Assembly: GCA_000934665.2 (NCBI GenBank)
Contig: KZ538533.1
Location: 1-63,682 of the forward strand
DNA length: 63,682 bases
Source of the DNA: Catajapyx aquilonaris
Lineage: Eukaryota
Direction of reading: 5' to 3'
The position numbers were made by a program, and so were the translations under genes. This document shows positions 1 through 11,800 of the stretch, piece after piece. Numbering within the stretch: the stretch's first letter is position 1; the number at the start of each line of letters is the position of its first letter. Under the pieces are notes generated by a model. That model saw only the letters and a program-made list of their open reading frames with translations. It did not search any database and had not been told where the DNA came from.

Positions 1-103
1 GGCTTTCTGTCTACACCCCTCAGTTGTACGTTATTATAGAAAGTCAGCCAACAAAATTGTTGGATGCGCAATTCGTGTTGTACAGAAATTCACTCACAGA
101 GAA

Positions 104-159
104 TAGGCCCCGCATTTAGTTCTTGCCCTAGGCCCCGCACCCACCTAGGGCCGGCCCTG
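104..159. mobile_element. Probable right end of a hAT-type non-autonomous element
   Basis: Ends ...CCTAGGGCCGGCCCTG (reverse complement CAGGGCCGGCCC, a common hAT-MITE terminus) with duplicated TAGGCCCCGCA subterminal motifs. The partner end is not in the window. Confidence 0.4.
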
Positions 160-304
160 CAGTATAGTATAGTGACAAAAATCCTACACTCATATAATAA
201 GGTGTTGCCACAAACCACAATTCCATGACCAACCCATGTAATTTATAAAATGTTCCTAATGCATCACATGATCCACTCATTTTCTTGCTCATGTCCTTCA
301 CCAG

Positions 305-742
305 AGGATCCAGTAGACTTCATAGGGGAGTTGTTGACTAAGCTGCATGCCAGCAGACTAAAGAGTGACTCATCCCTCCTACGCTACCATTCTGGCCATA
401 TGGAAACCTTCTACAAGTCATTAGATCCTTGGGACCAGGGATATCTCAATGTTAGCCAGTACCATGATGCCATGAAGACATTGGGGCTATGCAATTATCA
501 GCTGAACCCCATTGGATGTGAAAGCAACAGAATTGCCAAATCAATCTTCTTGGTCAATGTGTAAGTCACACTTCTTGTTATTTTTATTGCATAATGCCCT
601 AATGTAACAACTCTAGAGATGACTGAATTTTTTTTTTTAAATGCCAGGTGATGTAACTGTCTCATTCTAACATCTTATCTTTGGTAGTAACATAGCCCTG
701 GACAGAGCCATAACTGACATCAACAAGGTTCTCCCGCCATGA
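305..742 (+). CDS. 3' exons of an EF-hand domain protein, EFCAB10-like (5' part lies outside the window)
   Basis: Exons 305-560 (AG at 303-304, donor GTAAGT at 561) and 688-742 splice in frame: ...(E)DPVDFIGELLTKL...FYKSLDPWDQGYLNVSQYHDAMKTLGL...VNIALDRAITDINKVLPP*. The PEDP-type dimerisation segment plus EF-hand-like LDPWDQGYL resembles EFCAB10. AATAAA at 814-819. Confidence 0.65.
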
Positions 743-1062
743 TGTGTTCTGCAACAATGCAAAGTTGTCAGGTGCTTCATCCTTTGTCAACTAATTTTAC
801 AAGAAAAAGTCACAATAAAAATGTTACTCACCCCAAAAAAATAACATATTTCAAATGTCATGCAAAAGCAGGATTGAAGAAATGCTATTAGAAATTAGGA
901 TATTTTTTTTTTATTGTGCCAGTAATATAACATTGCAGATAATTTTGGTTCAGGTCTCCAACCACACATGCATAAAATTTCTTTCCTCTTTCAAAAATTT
1001 GTTACACTTAAATATTTTTGGATTTTGTGCTTCTTTTTTCTAGTGAATTGCGGCATGTGTGA

Positions 1063-4000
1063 TTAGTCCTTTCTTTCGGGTAGAGGTGGGTTAAAGCCAA
1101 CAGGAGCAAGAGTGGTGTCTGTAGGAATAGGAGGTCGGAGTTCAGGCATAGGATGCACACTAGAAAAGAGAAACAGAATTGGTTGGAAACAAAGGAATAC
1201 AACACAGCATGCAAAAGAGAAATATTTATTATTCAGAGAAAATGGTGTAATACTCACAAATGTTCTTGTCAAGGAATAACTTATAACAGTGCAAGTCAGC
1301 TCACAATTTTAAACGTAGGGTAAACTGAATTTGCACAATCACATACTATACATAATGCACATGCTACAGGTAGATGTTATAGAAAAATAACTATCAACAA
1401 AGGCATGTAGGGACATTACCATGTGTCTTTTCGGGTCCTTTCCTGAACATACTTGATGATATTTTGAACCGCCTCGATGCTTGTAGCAGTCCCATGCAAA
1501 TCTGAAAAATTGAGGAAAAGTTCGGCTTCAGAAGAATTAGCCTAGGATCTTCCGATAAAATATTTCAGAGACTTCAAAACTCTGCAACATCCCAGCAGAT
1601 TGTCAGACTTCATGATTGTTATACAAAGGTTCCATGCAAGTGTCAAATTCTTCAATCAGTGGTTTACACTGGGAACTTCATACATAAATCAACAATGTAA
1701 TGTTGTGGGCATTTTGCTATTATTAAATTCATGTTTGAATATCAACGAGACTAACCACAAACACTACATAATTTTTGTTAAGCTGCTGCAATATATTGCA
1801 ATGGTCCTGACCTGGCGTGTGGATCTTGTCCTCATTCACGGTCTTGTAGATTGCATCTCTAAGCATATCAGCATGTGGTGTGAGCTCAAGGTGGTCTAGC
1901 AGGTCAACAGAGGCATTGAGCATGGCAATTGGATTTGCAATGTTCTTCCCAGCTATGGCAGTGCCTGTGTTTCGTGTACCAGGCTCAAAGATGGCATACT
2001 TAGGACCATAGTTGCGCAGGGAAAGCAGTCCAGCACCACCCACCAGCCCACAGAGGAGGTTCGTCACAATGGTGCCATACAGATTGGTCACAATCATCAT
2101 ATCAAACTGATCTGGGCGTGAAACCAACTGCATGCATGTGTTGTCAATGATCATGTCATTCGACTCTATTTCTGGGTATTCTTTTGCGACTTTGTGGCAC
2201 ACATCTAACAAAAGGCCATCAGACACCTTCCTGTAGGGTGGGAAAAAAGATGAAAAATTACCTCTGCACATGTAATGCTAAGGTAATGTTCCTTACATGA
2301 TGTTGGCTTTATGCACAATGGTGACCTTCTTGCGACCCAGCTTCCTGGCCAGTCCAAATCCATACTTGGCAACACGTTCGATGTTTTGGCGTGTGACTAC
2401 TTTCAGGCACTCCACCACACCTTGCACATTCTAGCAAAAGAAATTATAGCCATGGCATCAAATCAGATACCTACAGAGTCACAAACACATCTGGTTTAGC
2501 CAAAGGGACTGACCTCATGTTCCATCATGGCGTACTCTCCTTCAGTGTTCTGCCTCACAACAATGACATCCACATTATTGTGACGCATGGGGATTCCAGG
2601 AAAGCTCTTGCAATTGATCACACTCACATACAAGTCCAATTCATTTCGAATGGCCACATTACGAGAAATAACATCGGCATTCATGCTACGTGTCTCAATG
2701 TTACCTGTGTTGAAAAGAAAAAGCACTAACTGTGAGTCTATGATCTTTGTCACTCTTTAAAAAATAGTAGGCTTGAAGTAACAACCACAGCTCTACCTTT
2801 GATGGCCAAACCATTACGGTGGATAGATGTCAGGGCATAGTTGAGGTCATCATCAGTCTCGCTGTCGGGGTCTACATTCACTTCCTCAAAGTCCACTGGG
2901 ACTCCTGCATATCTGAACACCTCCTTCACAAAATACATGTTTTCTGGGCCGATCCCACCTCCAGGAATCATGGTCACAGTGTGACGCCCACCATACTTGG
3001 CCACGGGCATAGACTGCCACATGTGGAAACAAATATTGGACACATGTTAATTTCTGCACATCAGTTTCCATTACTTGGCAGTCTGCCAGCTATACACAAG
3101 CTTACACTCACTACTCACATACTATGCACACACCATGCAACACCTTCCACACACCATATTTGCATTAGCAAAAGTACAGGACATAAAGCAGTGTATATCA
3201 GGCAATGCGAATAACTTAGGCTCTCAAATAAGTAGGTTAAAAGGATGGATCCTGTTGGGATTTACTTTTCTCTCTGCCTCGATGACTCTTAGTGGACATT
3301 ATTACATTGGAAAAACATGCTCATTTGCTTATTTATTTCACACCCAGGTTTAGGGCCGGTTTCACCAAGAGTGGTATATGATAAAACCGCAGTTCTTTTG
3401 GAAAATCCCTACATATTTGTATGAATTTTCTGAAAGAACCAAGGTTTTATCACATACCGCTCTTGGTGAAACAGGCCCTTAGTGAACAATATTTGGCATC
3501 ATGTACAGTTTACAGTAAATTAAAATTCTTAAAGGTTCATCCTGAGGTTCATACTTTCTGCACAGCAATACTTCTTCTTCATTACTATTTCTCAAGCTAC
3601 TGGTTGCCCAAAATGAGTTCACATCAAGGTAAATGGTGAGCCAGTCTATTACACACCGCAACTAGAGGAATATGCATAAAAGTGTGCAACATGCAGTTGC
3701 ACAAACATGCACACCTACCTGATACAAGTGGCAGAGCAGTAGTATAGACACGACAAGTTATGGGATTCTGGGGAGGGGAAAAGAGCTGGGTTATGTTACA
3801 TCAAGCTTATTACATTAGGTTAGGACGGCGCAGTAAGAATATGGTCACTGTTGTAATCATCTCATGTAATAGAGGAGAACATGCATTTCCTTAAACTGTG
3901 CAAGACATTACATGGCATGGGAAGAGAAACAGTCTAGAAAATAAAGCTGTGATAGAAGAACGGGGGAAAAGCAAGGTAACATGCAATTGTTGCAGAGTAA

Positions 4001-4890
4001 AACACAACACAGCTTTACCAGTAGAAGGAACAGTGGAATCCGCTGCATTGCACATTTGCTAGAAAAATTTTATGTTGAGTACAGGAAATGTAAGAAAAAT
4101 GGTGCCAGTAAGTTGTGTTAGAAATTCAGCCTCGGCAAAACTGATGCACTGCATAGGAGTAATCAAATGATTTGCTTTTATGTGCATGATTTATATTTAT
4201 GGGCATGAAGGTAAGATTAGGGATTTAACAATTTGATGCAAATATACTGTGGGTATTGTGCAATTAAGTGGAGTCAACTGTACCTGATCTAAGTCACAAA
4301 CTCTCACATCAAGACTTGCATAGTTCACTTCATCATGCTTTTAAACCATTTGTAGCACATGTGCACAACAGATTGACATGAATTACTATTGCAGATGAGT
4401 TCAGATCACATGAGGACCATATTTTTATAATAATGCCTACCTTAAATTGAGTGCCTTCCCGTAAAACATGGCGTGATTGCTTTTTACGCAGAAATCACTC
4501 CATGCCTACAATGAGAGGCTCTCTCGAGAAAAACTGTTCAAAAAAATGTACCCCTGATTTTTCTTTCTCTGTGACCTGCACTCCTCCCATTACAAGCTCC
4601 GCTGCACTTCTTACGTTTGTCTTGTAGTACGACCGATTTTGAGTCCATGACTGGTTTCCCAGCTTGCCCTAAAAAGCAACGACATGATTATTGCCCATTC
4701 ACTGACCACATGGCCCTACAATAATTACACCCCCTGCCCCCCCCTCTGATTGTTGTCCTTGGATGACCTGCTGCTGTCCACTCCCTCTCCAGACCTATAC
4801 CTGTGAAGCTACCAGGACCGCCGACAGCTGGGAAACACTAGGGATTTTGTGGACCAACTGGAGGCCCGATCTGCCAAGAACCGTAGCCAT
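1063..4890 (-). CDS. IDH3G: Isocitrate dehydrogenase [NAD] subunit gamma, mitochondrial
   Basis: Exons on the minus strand: 4801-4890 (MATVLGRSG..., presequence-like), 4615-4668, 2797-3013 ([20 protein letters not shown]), 2514-2704 (VRQNTEGEY), 2297-2430 (VHKANIM), 1812-2230 ([37 protein letters not shown]), 1420-1501, 1063-1159. All are GT-AG and phase-consistent. [10 protein letters not shown] is diagnostic of the gamma subunit. The 5' exons are less certain. Confidence 0.93.
3353..3478. mobile_element. PIF/Harbinger (Tourist-like) MITE, 126 bp, in an IDH3G intron
   Basis: Inverted ends GGGCCGGTTTCACCAAGAGTGGTATATGATAAAACC / GGTTTTATCACATACCGCTCTTGGTGAAACAGGCCC, flanked by TTA on both sides (3350-3352, 3479-3481). 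Confidence 0.8.
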
Positions 4891-5830
4891 CACGACGAAT
4901 TTTGAGTTGAAGCCGAAATATCTACCAGCTGACCGAGGGCACCTCGCTCGATCTGGTGGACTCTGATTGGCCCGTTGCCTGGCAATCTGCCAACGGGGGG
5001 AGGTTCAAACAGTGAGAGCGCCATTATGCAATTGCGCTGTTTGCTGGGGGGTAATTACTTCGTAGTTAAATGTGTGTACCGGTGCTGGTGTAGTACCACA
5101 GGTGCAATCAGGGTATTGATACAAACTGGCCCGTGTGTACTGTGTACTGTCAACTGTACAGTACATACTGAGTACAGCGGTACTTATAGGGATGTGTTTC
5201 ATATTTCCGTATTTTCATATGAATGTCCTGGTTTGACAGTGCCAATGACAGTTTGCTGTGTCCATCCTCATGATTCCCTGCACTCATCACCAGTGAGGAG
5301 CACATACATACACACAAAAAGTGTGGGTGGGGGAAAAGGCCTCTCTAGGTGACGGAATCTGTACAGTACCCTCCTTGCGTGTATCCCAGGCACACACTAA
5401 AAGCGGAAGGCAAAGCTGGTTGCATGAGTAGAATGGGAGAGGATGTCACGCGGCATCAGGTTTTAGCTGGAACCCGTGGAAGTTGCCAGGCCCACACATA
5501 TCGATCATTTCACTACGCTTCTTGCGGGGACCCACGCTTCGAGACAGGAATTCTGGAGAGCAAGTTGCCAGATTTACATATAGGTGAATAGGCAGGGTTG
5601 TTTGGAGCAGATTGTTCGTGTGTTTCACTCGGGGATGAGTAGATTACACTGTGTTGAACAGGCCGGTGGTGATAGCAGGGTTGGAGAAGGCACCTAGCTG
5701 GTGCTGTGCGCCACTTTGCACTTACGATAAATCTGGCAACGTGGACGTAAATGGTTTCCCGAACAGTCGAACGTGACGTCAGAGTGGGCCCCTACCCGAG
5801 CGCAACCCCCCTACCAGCAATGTCTCTATC
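4891..5830. promoter_or_regulatory. Putative shared/bidirectional promoter region of IDH3G and HCF
   Basis: The divergent ATGs at 4890 (-) and 5831 (+) are 940 bp apart. CCAAT (reverse, ATTGG ~4966), DRE-like TATCGATC ~5499 and CRE palindrome TGACGTCA at 5774-5781. Confidence 0.55.
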
Positions 5831-8800
5831 ATGGCGGCTCCCATCCCGAAGTGGAAGCGGGTGACAAATACGAGCGGAACCCAGCCAAGACCCAGGCATG
5901 GACACCGGGCTGTGGCCATCAAGGACCTCATGGTCGTCTTCGGCGGCGGGAACGAAGGGATTGTGGACGAGCTGCACGTGTACAACACAGGCAAGTCTTC
6001 CTTCGACCCCCTACTCCCCCGGCAAGATCGCCTCTATAGGGCCCAACATGGCGTCCTCAGAGAGGGTCGCGCTTATAACCGCGCCCCCGCTCGGACCGCC
6101 ACTTTCAGCTGTCCCGGGTGTCAACACCAGTACTGGCGGGGAAACTTCATCGCTGCAAGGGATATGTCACGACGGGCGAATTTATATTTGCGACTGTATT
6201 TTGGCGGGCCCCTCCTTGGCTGGGTCCAAGATGGCCGCCCCCTACTGGGGCTCATGACGCTTCAGTTCCGGTCTTTTTAGGACAGGGTTGTTGTGCGGGA
6301 AAAATTGGCGGTAAAGGGTGTCCCAAATAGAGCGGGGATCCGGATGGGGCTGATGTTTGGGGCAATGTCGGAGGGTTGACAGCGGCTCAATGGGGGTGGA
6401 CGGATCGGAAATTTCAGCTAGTATGTCGGACCCGGTCGGACCGTTTGATGAGGAGGTTGGGCATACGAGATGTCAGGTGCGGTTTATTAGGGCCAGTTGG
6501 TGAGAAAGGCGGCGGATTATTTCGCGCGGGAAGCAGCGTTACATGAGAGGTAAACCGCGCCCCAGGCGGCTACGGACGAAGCCGGTACGACCTTGGAGGC
6601 TTCAACGGGCACATCGCCTGCACTCTGTTCGCTTTAGACCCACCTGACGCCGTATTGCCCGATACGGTACATCCGGGAACGGACGGCGGACAGCGCCGCC
6701 GTGGGGTCCCCCTTCCGATATGTGCAGTACAGAGAATGCGAAATATGCGGATCATGCGCGGGCTGGCGGAACAGAGCTGCGGGGGAGGGGAGGACACGGC
6801 AACAATGGAAAGGGTGTCTTGAGAGGGTCCAATATGGCTGCCGGTAATGGCGGACAACGCCCAGTCATGTATGGGGGTGGGTTGAGGCCGGAGTTGTGGC
6901 CGGGTCCGGTTTGGCCTCCTCGATTGTTGTAATGTGTGGATGCCCTTTTTTGATGGGTGTGTTCGGTTTTGGCAGGGTTGTCGCCTGGTTGTAGGGGGCA
7001 GGGCAGGCGGAGGCGGGATTTGCGGTGGGGGCTGGAGCTGTGACATACCATGTCCTGTTGACATACTGCTTTATGACGTGGGATGAGCGCCAGTTATTTT
7101 ATGGCCATGAGCAATGTCACTGACTTTTCCACAGATTAGCATGCTTCAGGTCAAACCATGGTCGTGCAGGTTTGCATGGCTTCCTGTGAGGTCACCAGGA
7201 GATCCATCAGTCAAGGGCCATGGGGCAATGTGGGGAACATGGAAAAAGACACCAGACAATGGTGACTGGAATTATGCAATGACAAACAGATGCTGCAGTT
7301 GGACTCTTGTTCAAAAACTCCACGCTACTGTGCCATCATGAGCCTTTGTAGAATTGCCCTGCATGACGTCCTACTCCAGCATCACTCACCAAGTCGAATA
7401 ATAAAGTTTTCCCGACCTATCCTTTCCGAGTTCATTAGTTTTGACAGGGCGACGCGGTGGCGTAGCGGTTAGCGCCAAAGCCTGCCCCAAAGCCTTCCAC
7501 CTCAGGTCCCGAGTTCAATCTCCGGGTTGGACAGAGGATACTTGTGTGGATAGTTTCGATGGGTTCTCTCCGTGTTCATGTGGGTTTTCTCGGGGTTCTC
7601 CCATTTCCTCCCGCAATCAAAATCCATCACAGCGCAGGCAATGATTAAAGTCAGTCAATTAAAAGATTGGGCCTATCATGGGGTATCCATCATTATCATC
7701 ATTATTAATTAGTTTTGATGTAGCTTCAACTTCCTCTCCTAAGGGCACAAGTGTACGTTGGCTGCACTTCAGATAAGGCAAGCGTGCCTTGCCCAGATTC
7801 AGAGAATTGCCTCGTCTGACTTGCCTATTACCACTGAAGACAGAAATAGTAGGGCAAACGTCATGAAACACAGTTTTGCCCATGCTCAACTACAATGAGG
7901 TTGTACAGCAAATCACTGTGATTTGGAGGTACAACATGATTTGTGGATTTAGATGAAATATGTTGAAAAGGCAATCGTACTTTTTCAGGAGAACAAACAT
8001 CTGGTACACATTTACTGTGGAATGACTAATGTCTTAAAATGAAGCGTGAATTGAAATTTTTGGAATAGCGCCAAATTCTTATGAAGGCAGTTTCTCTTCC
8101 TTGATTGTTGGCAGTGTATTTTCATTTTTTGAAAAAGAACACAAACATGACTGCAATATTAGTTTACACTGGTTTTGCTTTATGGTCTAGGAAACACCAC
8201 TCACTTTGACATGAACAAATCAGTTATCCTCATATACTAAGCATTTATAAAATGTAGTCACCTCAAGTGAAACTAAATTGCACAAGTCCTGTTGTATGCA
8301 GAAGTTCAACGATGGATTTCGCAAGGAAATTGGGAGTGGAAGGATGGGGAGAATTTCTTCATCACTGTCCTGCTATGGTGCATGGCCAAATTCATTGTTG
8401 CCTCCAACAATGCCATCAGATGAGCTGTTTAACCAGTACCAAGCCAGGTGCCAAGTTCCTACACTCAACAGTTTTTTGAAAAAGTAGATATCTCATGGTT
8501 GCTACCTAAGAATGAGATGTTACAATTACAATTATAGCATTACTTATGCATACAGCTATGCCCTTCATGGTCGAGGCAGAGTTTTTTTTTTTTTGGGGGG
8601 GGGGGGGAATCATCCATGAGGAACAACAATAAATTTCAAACTTTCCATTGCTTTAAAATGGGGGTCTTTTAAATTTCATGTGGTTATCACTTAATTATCC
8701 TTGGGATTTATTGTGATATAGTTAGGGTGCTTGAATCAGGCTTTCTGACAATATGTTGCATCAATTTTGATAAGCAAATAGAGGTGACTACATTTTCGAA

Positions 8801-11800
8801 ATGGATGCTAGAAATACAAGGTACAGTTGCTATTTTTCAAGTGTGCGTCGAAGTTCAGTTGGAAACAGTGCTTTCAACAAGTATCTTCATTGATATGGTC
8901 ACTTACACTCTTTTTCTTACATCTTGCAGCGAACAACCAATGGTTCATTCCACCAGTGAAAGGAGACATACCACCAGGATGTGCTGCTTATGGATTTGTT
9001 GTGGACGGGACGCGGATCCTGGTCTTTGGGGGCATGGTGGAATATGGAAAATACTCCAACGAATTATTTGAATTGCAGGTAAGTGTAGAGGCAGTGATGT
9101 TGAAATGAAGCTACACTGTCTGTATGTAATTCACAGCCATTGGTTTCTCAACAGGCAAGCAGGTGGGAATGGAAGCGTTTGAAGCCACGCCTCCCCCGCA
9201 ATGGGATCCCTCCTTGCCCAAGATTGGGCCACAGCTTCACTCTGATTGGAAACAAGGTGTATTTATTTGGAGGACTGGCAAACGACTCCGACGATCCAAA
9301 GAACAACATCCCTCGCTATCTGAATGATCTTTACACCTTGGAATTGCGTCCCAATTCATCAGTAGCATGGGAGCTCCCTGTTACATATGGGCAGCCACCA
9401 TCCCCAAGGGAATCACATACTGGGGTTGCATATGCAGAGAAGGATGGGTCAAAGGCCAAGCTGCTAATTTATGGCGGAATGTCTGGATGCCGACTGGGTG
9501 ACCTGTGGATGCTTGATGTTGGTGCGTATAGAGTTGCTATTTTTCTGACCTCTGCAGTGAAATGTTAAAGAAGTGAGTTGACTTTTTTCTCCTCCGGAAA
9601 GGTTAAAAATGGTCCTCGTGGATTAGCAATCTTTTACAATGTGTGTTGACACTTTTTGTCTGATTTTACCCAGTCGTGTCCATAGAGATGTTTTGACTTT
9701 GCAGTGCTGCTTGCATGAAATGTCCATTTCTCTGGTGATTTAGAATCTATGACATGGAGCAAGCCATTGGTGCATGGAACAGCACCTCTCCCACGCTCCC
9801 TGCACAGTGCAACCCTCATCGGCCACCGCATGTACGTATTTGGTGGGTGGGTCCCACTGGTGATGGATGACATGAAGGTTGCCACCCATGAGAAGGAATG
9901 GAAGTGCACCAACACCTTGGCATGCCTGAATGTTGGTAAGTATTATGACTTTTGCTTTGGGAAGCTAAGGTTATATCTGGTATTGTTCATTTGCTCAGAA
10001 ACTATGACATGGGAGCCTCTCAATATGGAGATGTTTGAAGAGGCAACACCTAGAGCAAGGGCTGGGCATTGTTCAGTGGCAATTCACACCAGATTGTATG
10101 TCTGGTCTGGCCGGGATGGCTACCGAAAAGCATGGAATAATCAAGTAAGTTTTTTTGTTGTGGAGTCTGTGAGATGGTTAAATCACACTAGTAACTGATT
10201 TCAACTATCAAGGTGTGCTGCAAGGACCTGTGGTACCTGGAGACAGACAAGCCACCAGCCCCTGGTCGTGTTCAACTGGTCCGTGCCTCCACCCATTCCC
10301 TGGAGGTGTGTTGGGGGGCCCTTCCAACATCTGATGCCTATATCCTGCAGGTGCAAAAGTATGACATGCCTCCAACTGCCAACCTCTCTGCACTCCCTGG
10401 TGCTTCCCCAACACCAGTTCCACCCCCATCCACCCCAACTGCAGCTCCTGTGACTCCCACCCCTGCTTTGATAACTCCAGCTCCTGCTGCATCTCCTCTT
10501 GCCGCTCCACCCACACCAACCCTGATCCAATCACCAGTGGTGGCTTCTCCAGTGTCCACACCAGTTGTAGTCACCGGGGCCTTGCCTTCACCTGTGGTGG
10601 CCTCACCAACTGTTGCAACCACGGCCACTCCCATCACCATCAAAAGTCCAACTGGACATGCTGTTATTCGACCTGTAACACCTGCTTCCTCCCCAGCTAT
10701 GGTCACTCTCGCTACAGGGGCACAACTAAAAGGTGATTCATTGTTCCATGTGCTAATTACATTGTACATAGTTATGAGTGTAACATTAAATACCTCATGT
10801 TTTCAACAGCAACCCCAAATATTGTGCGTGTCCGGGCTCCTCTGGGCATGGCTGCTGGGCAGACAATTCGTGTGGTAGGTCCTGGGGGCACCCCTGCTCA
10901 GATCATCAAGAGCCCTATGAGTGTTAATGTGTCGGGTGGGCAAGTGGTTACTGCTGGAGGTGCTACCCAGCAAGGGATGTCGGGAATCCAGGCTCTGGCT
11001 GCTGCAGCTGCAGCAACACAAAAGATCACCACCAAGGCAGCAACTGTTACATCCACCACTGTGTCCTCTGCTGCAGTGGGAATGCCTGGGGTGAGGGTCC
11101 TGCAGCCTGCCATCGTAACCCAACAAGGAGTGAAGGTTACTCCTGGGACACAAACTGTGCGTCTAGCTTCTCCTGGTGCAACTGTTCTCAAGGCAGGCAC
11201 AGCACTGGGAGCTGTGGGCCAGCAGACGAAGCAGATTATACTGCAGAAGCCAATAGGGGGTGTTGGTGGAGGAAGTGGGCAGCCACAGATTGTGACCCTT
11301 GTCAAGACCAGTCAGGGCATGACTGTTGCTACCGTGAGTTCACTTGACTTGCATCTGAGTCTGTCATTTTTTGATATTTGAAAATTAATGGTACTTATAC
11401 ATTTTATGCATTCTTCAGATGCCTAAAGTGAGCCTGATCCCAGGCAAGGCTGGTGTTCCTGGAACAACCCAGATGGCCACCATTCAGAGCCCTGGTGGGA
11501 AGACGACAACCATCCCTCAGGGTGCCACAATTGTCAAGCTGGTCAACACTGCTGGGGGTAAGGGAGCAGACTAATTTTTGTGTTGGGAGGGCAAAATCTA
11601 GCATTAAATGTTGCAATATTTGCCTGAAAAAAATGACAATAGGCAAACCAGGCACGGCGATCCTGACCACCCAGGCAGGCATGTCGCAGCCAACCATCTT
11701 TGGAATATCCAGCATGGCCCAGAGTATTCAAGGTTGCTGTTATTATATCCCACCATACTAGCTTTGCATGACTATATGTTAGGCTCAAACCATGAAAATG

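Noticed and set aside
2940..2975. IPGGGIGPE instead of IPGDGIGPE in IDH3G
   Set aside because: The same Gly substitution is usual in arthropod gamma subunits as I recall, and the subunit is non-catalytic.
6570..7064. GC-rich ORFs in HCF intron 1
   Set aside because: No recognisable domain or splice context. Expected by chance in a GC-rich promoter-proximal island.
7447..7530. tRNA gene (also 17905-17971)
   Set aside because: A/B boxes are present but there is no complete cloverleaf or acceptor stem. Both continue into SINE-like bodies.
7830..7870. Possible Penelope-type hammerhead ribozyme (CTGAAGA...AAAC)
   Set aside because: The GAAA core and helix II are not convincingly formed. At most a decayed remnant.
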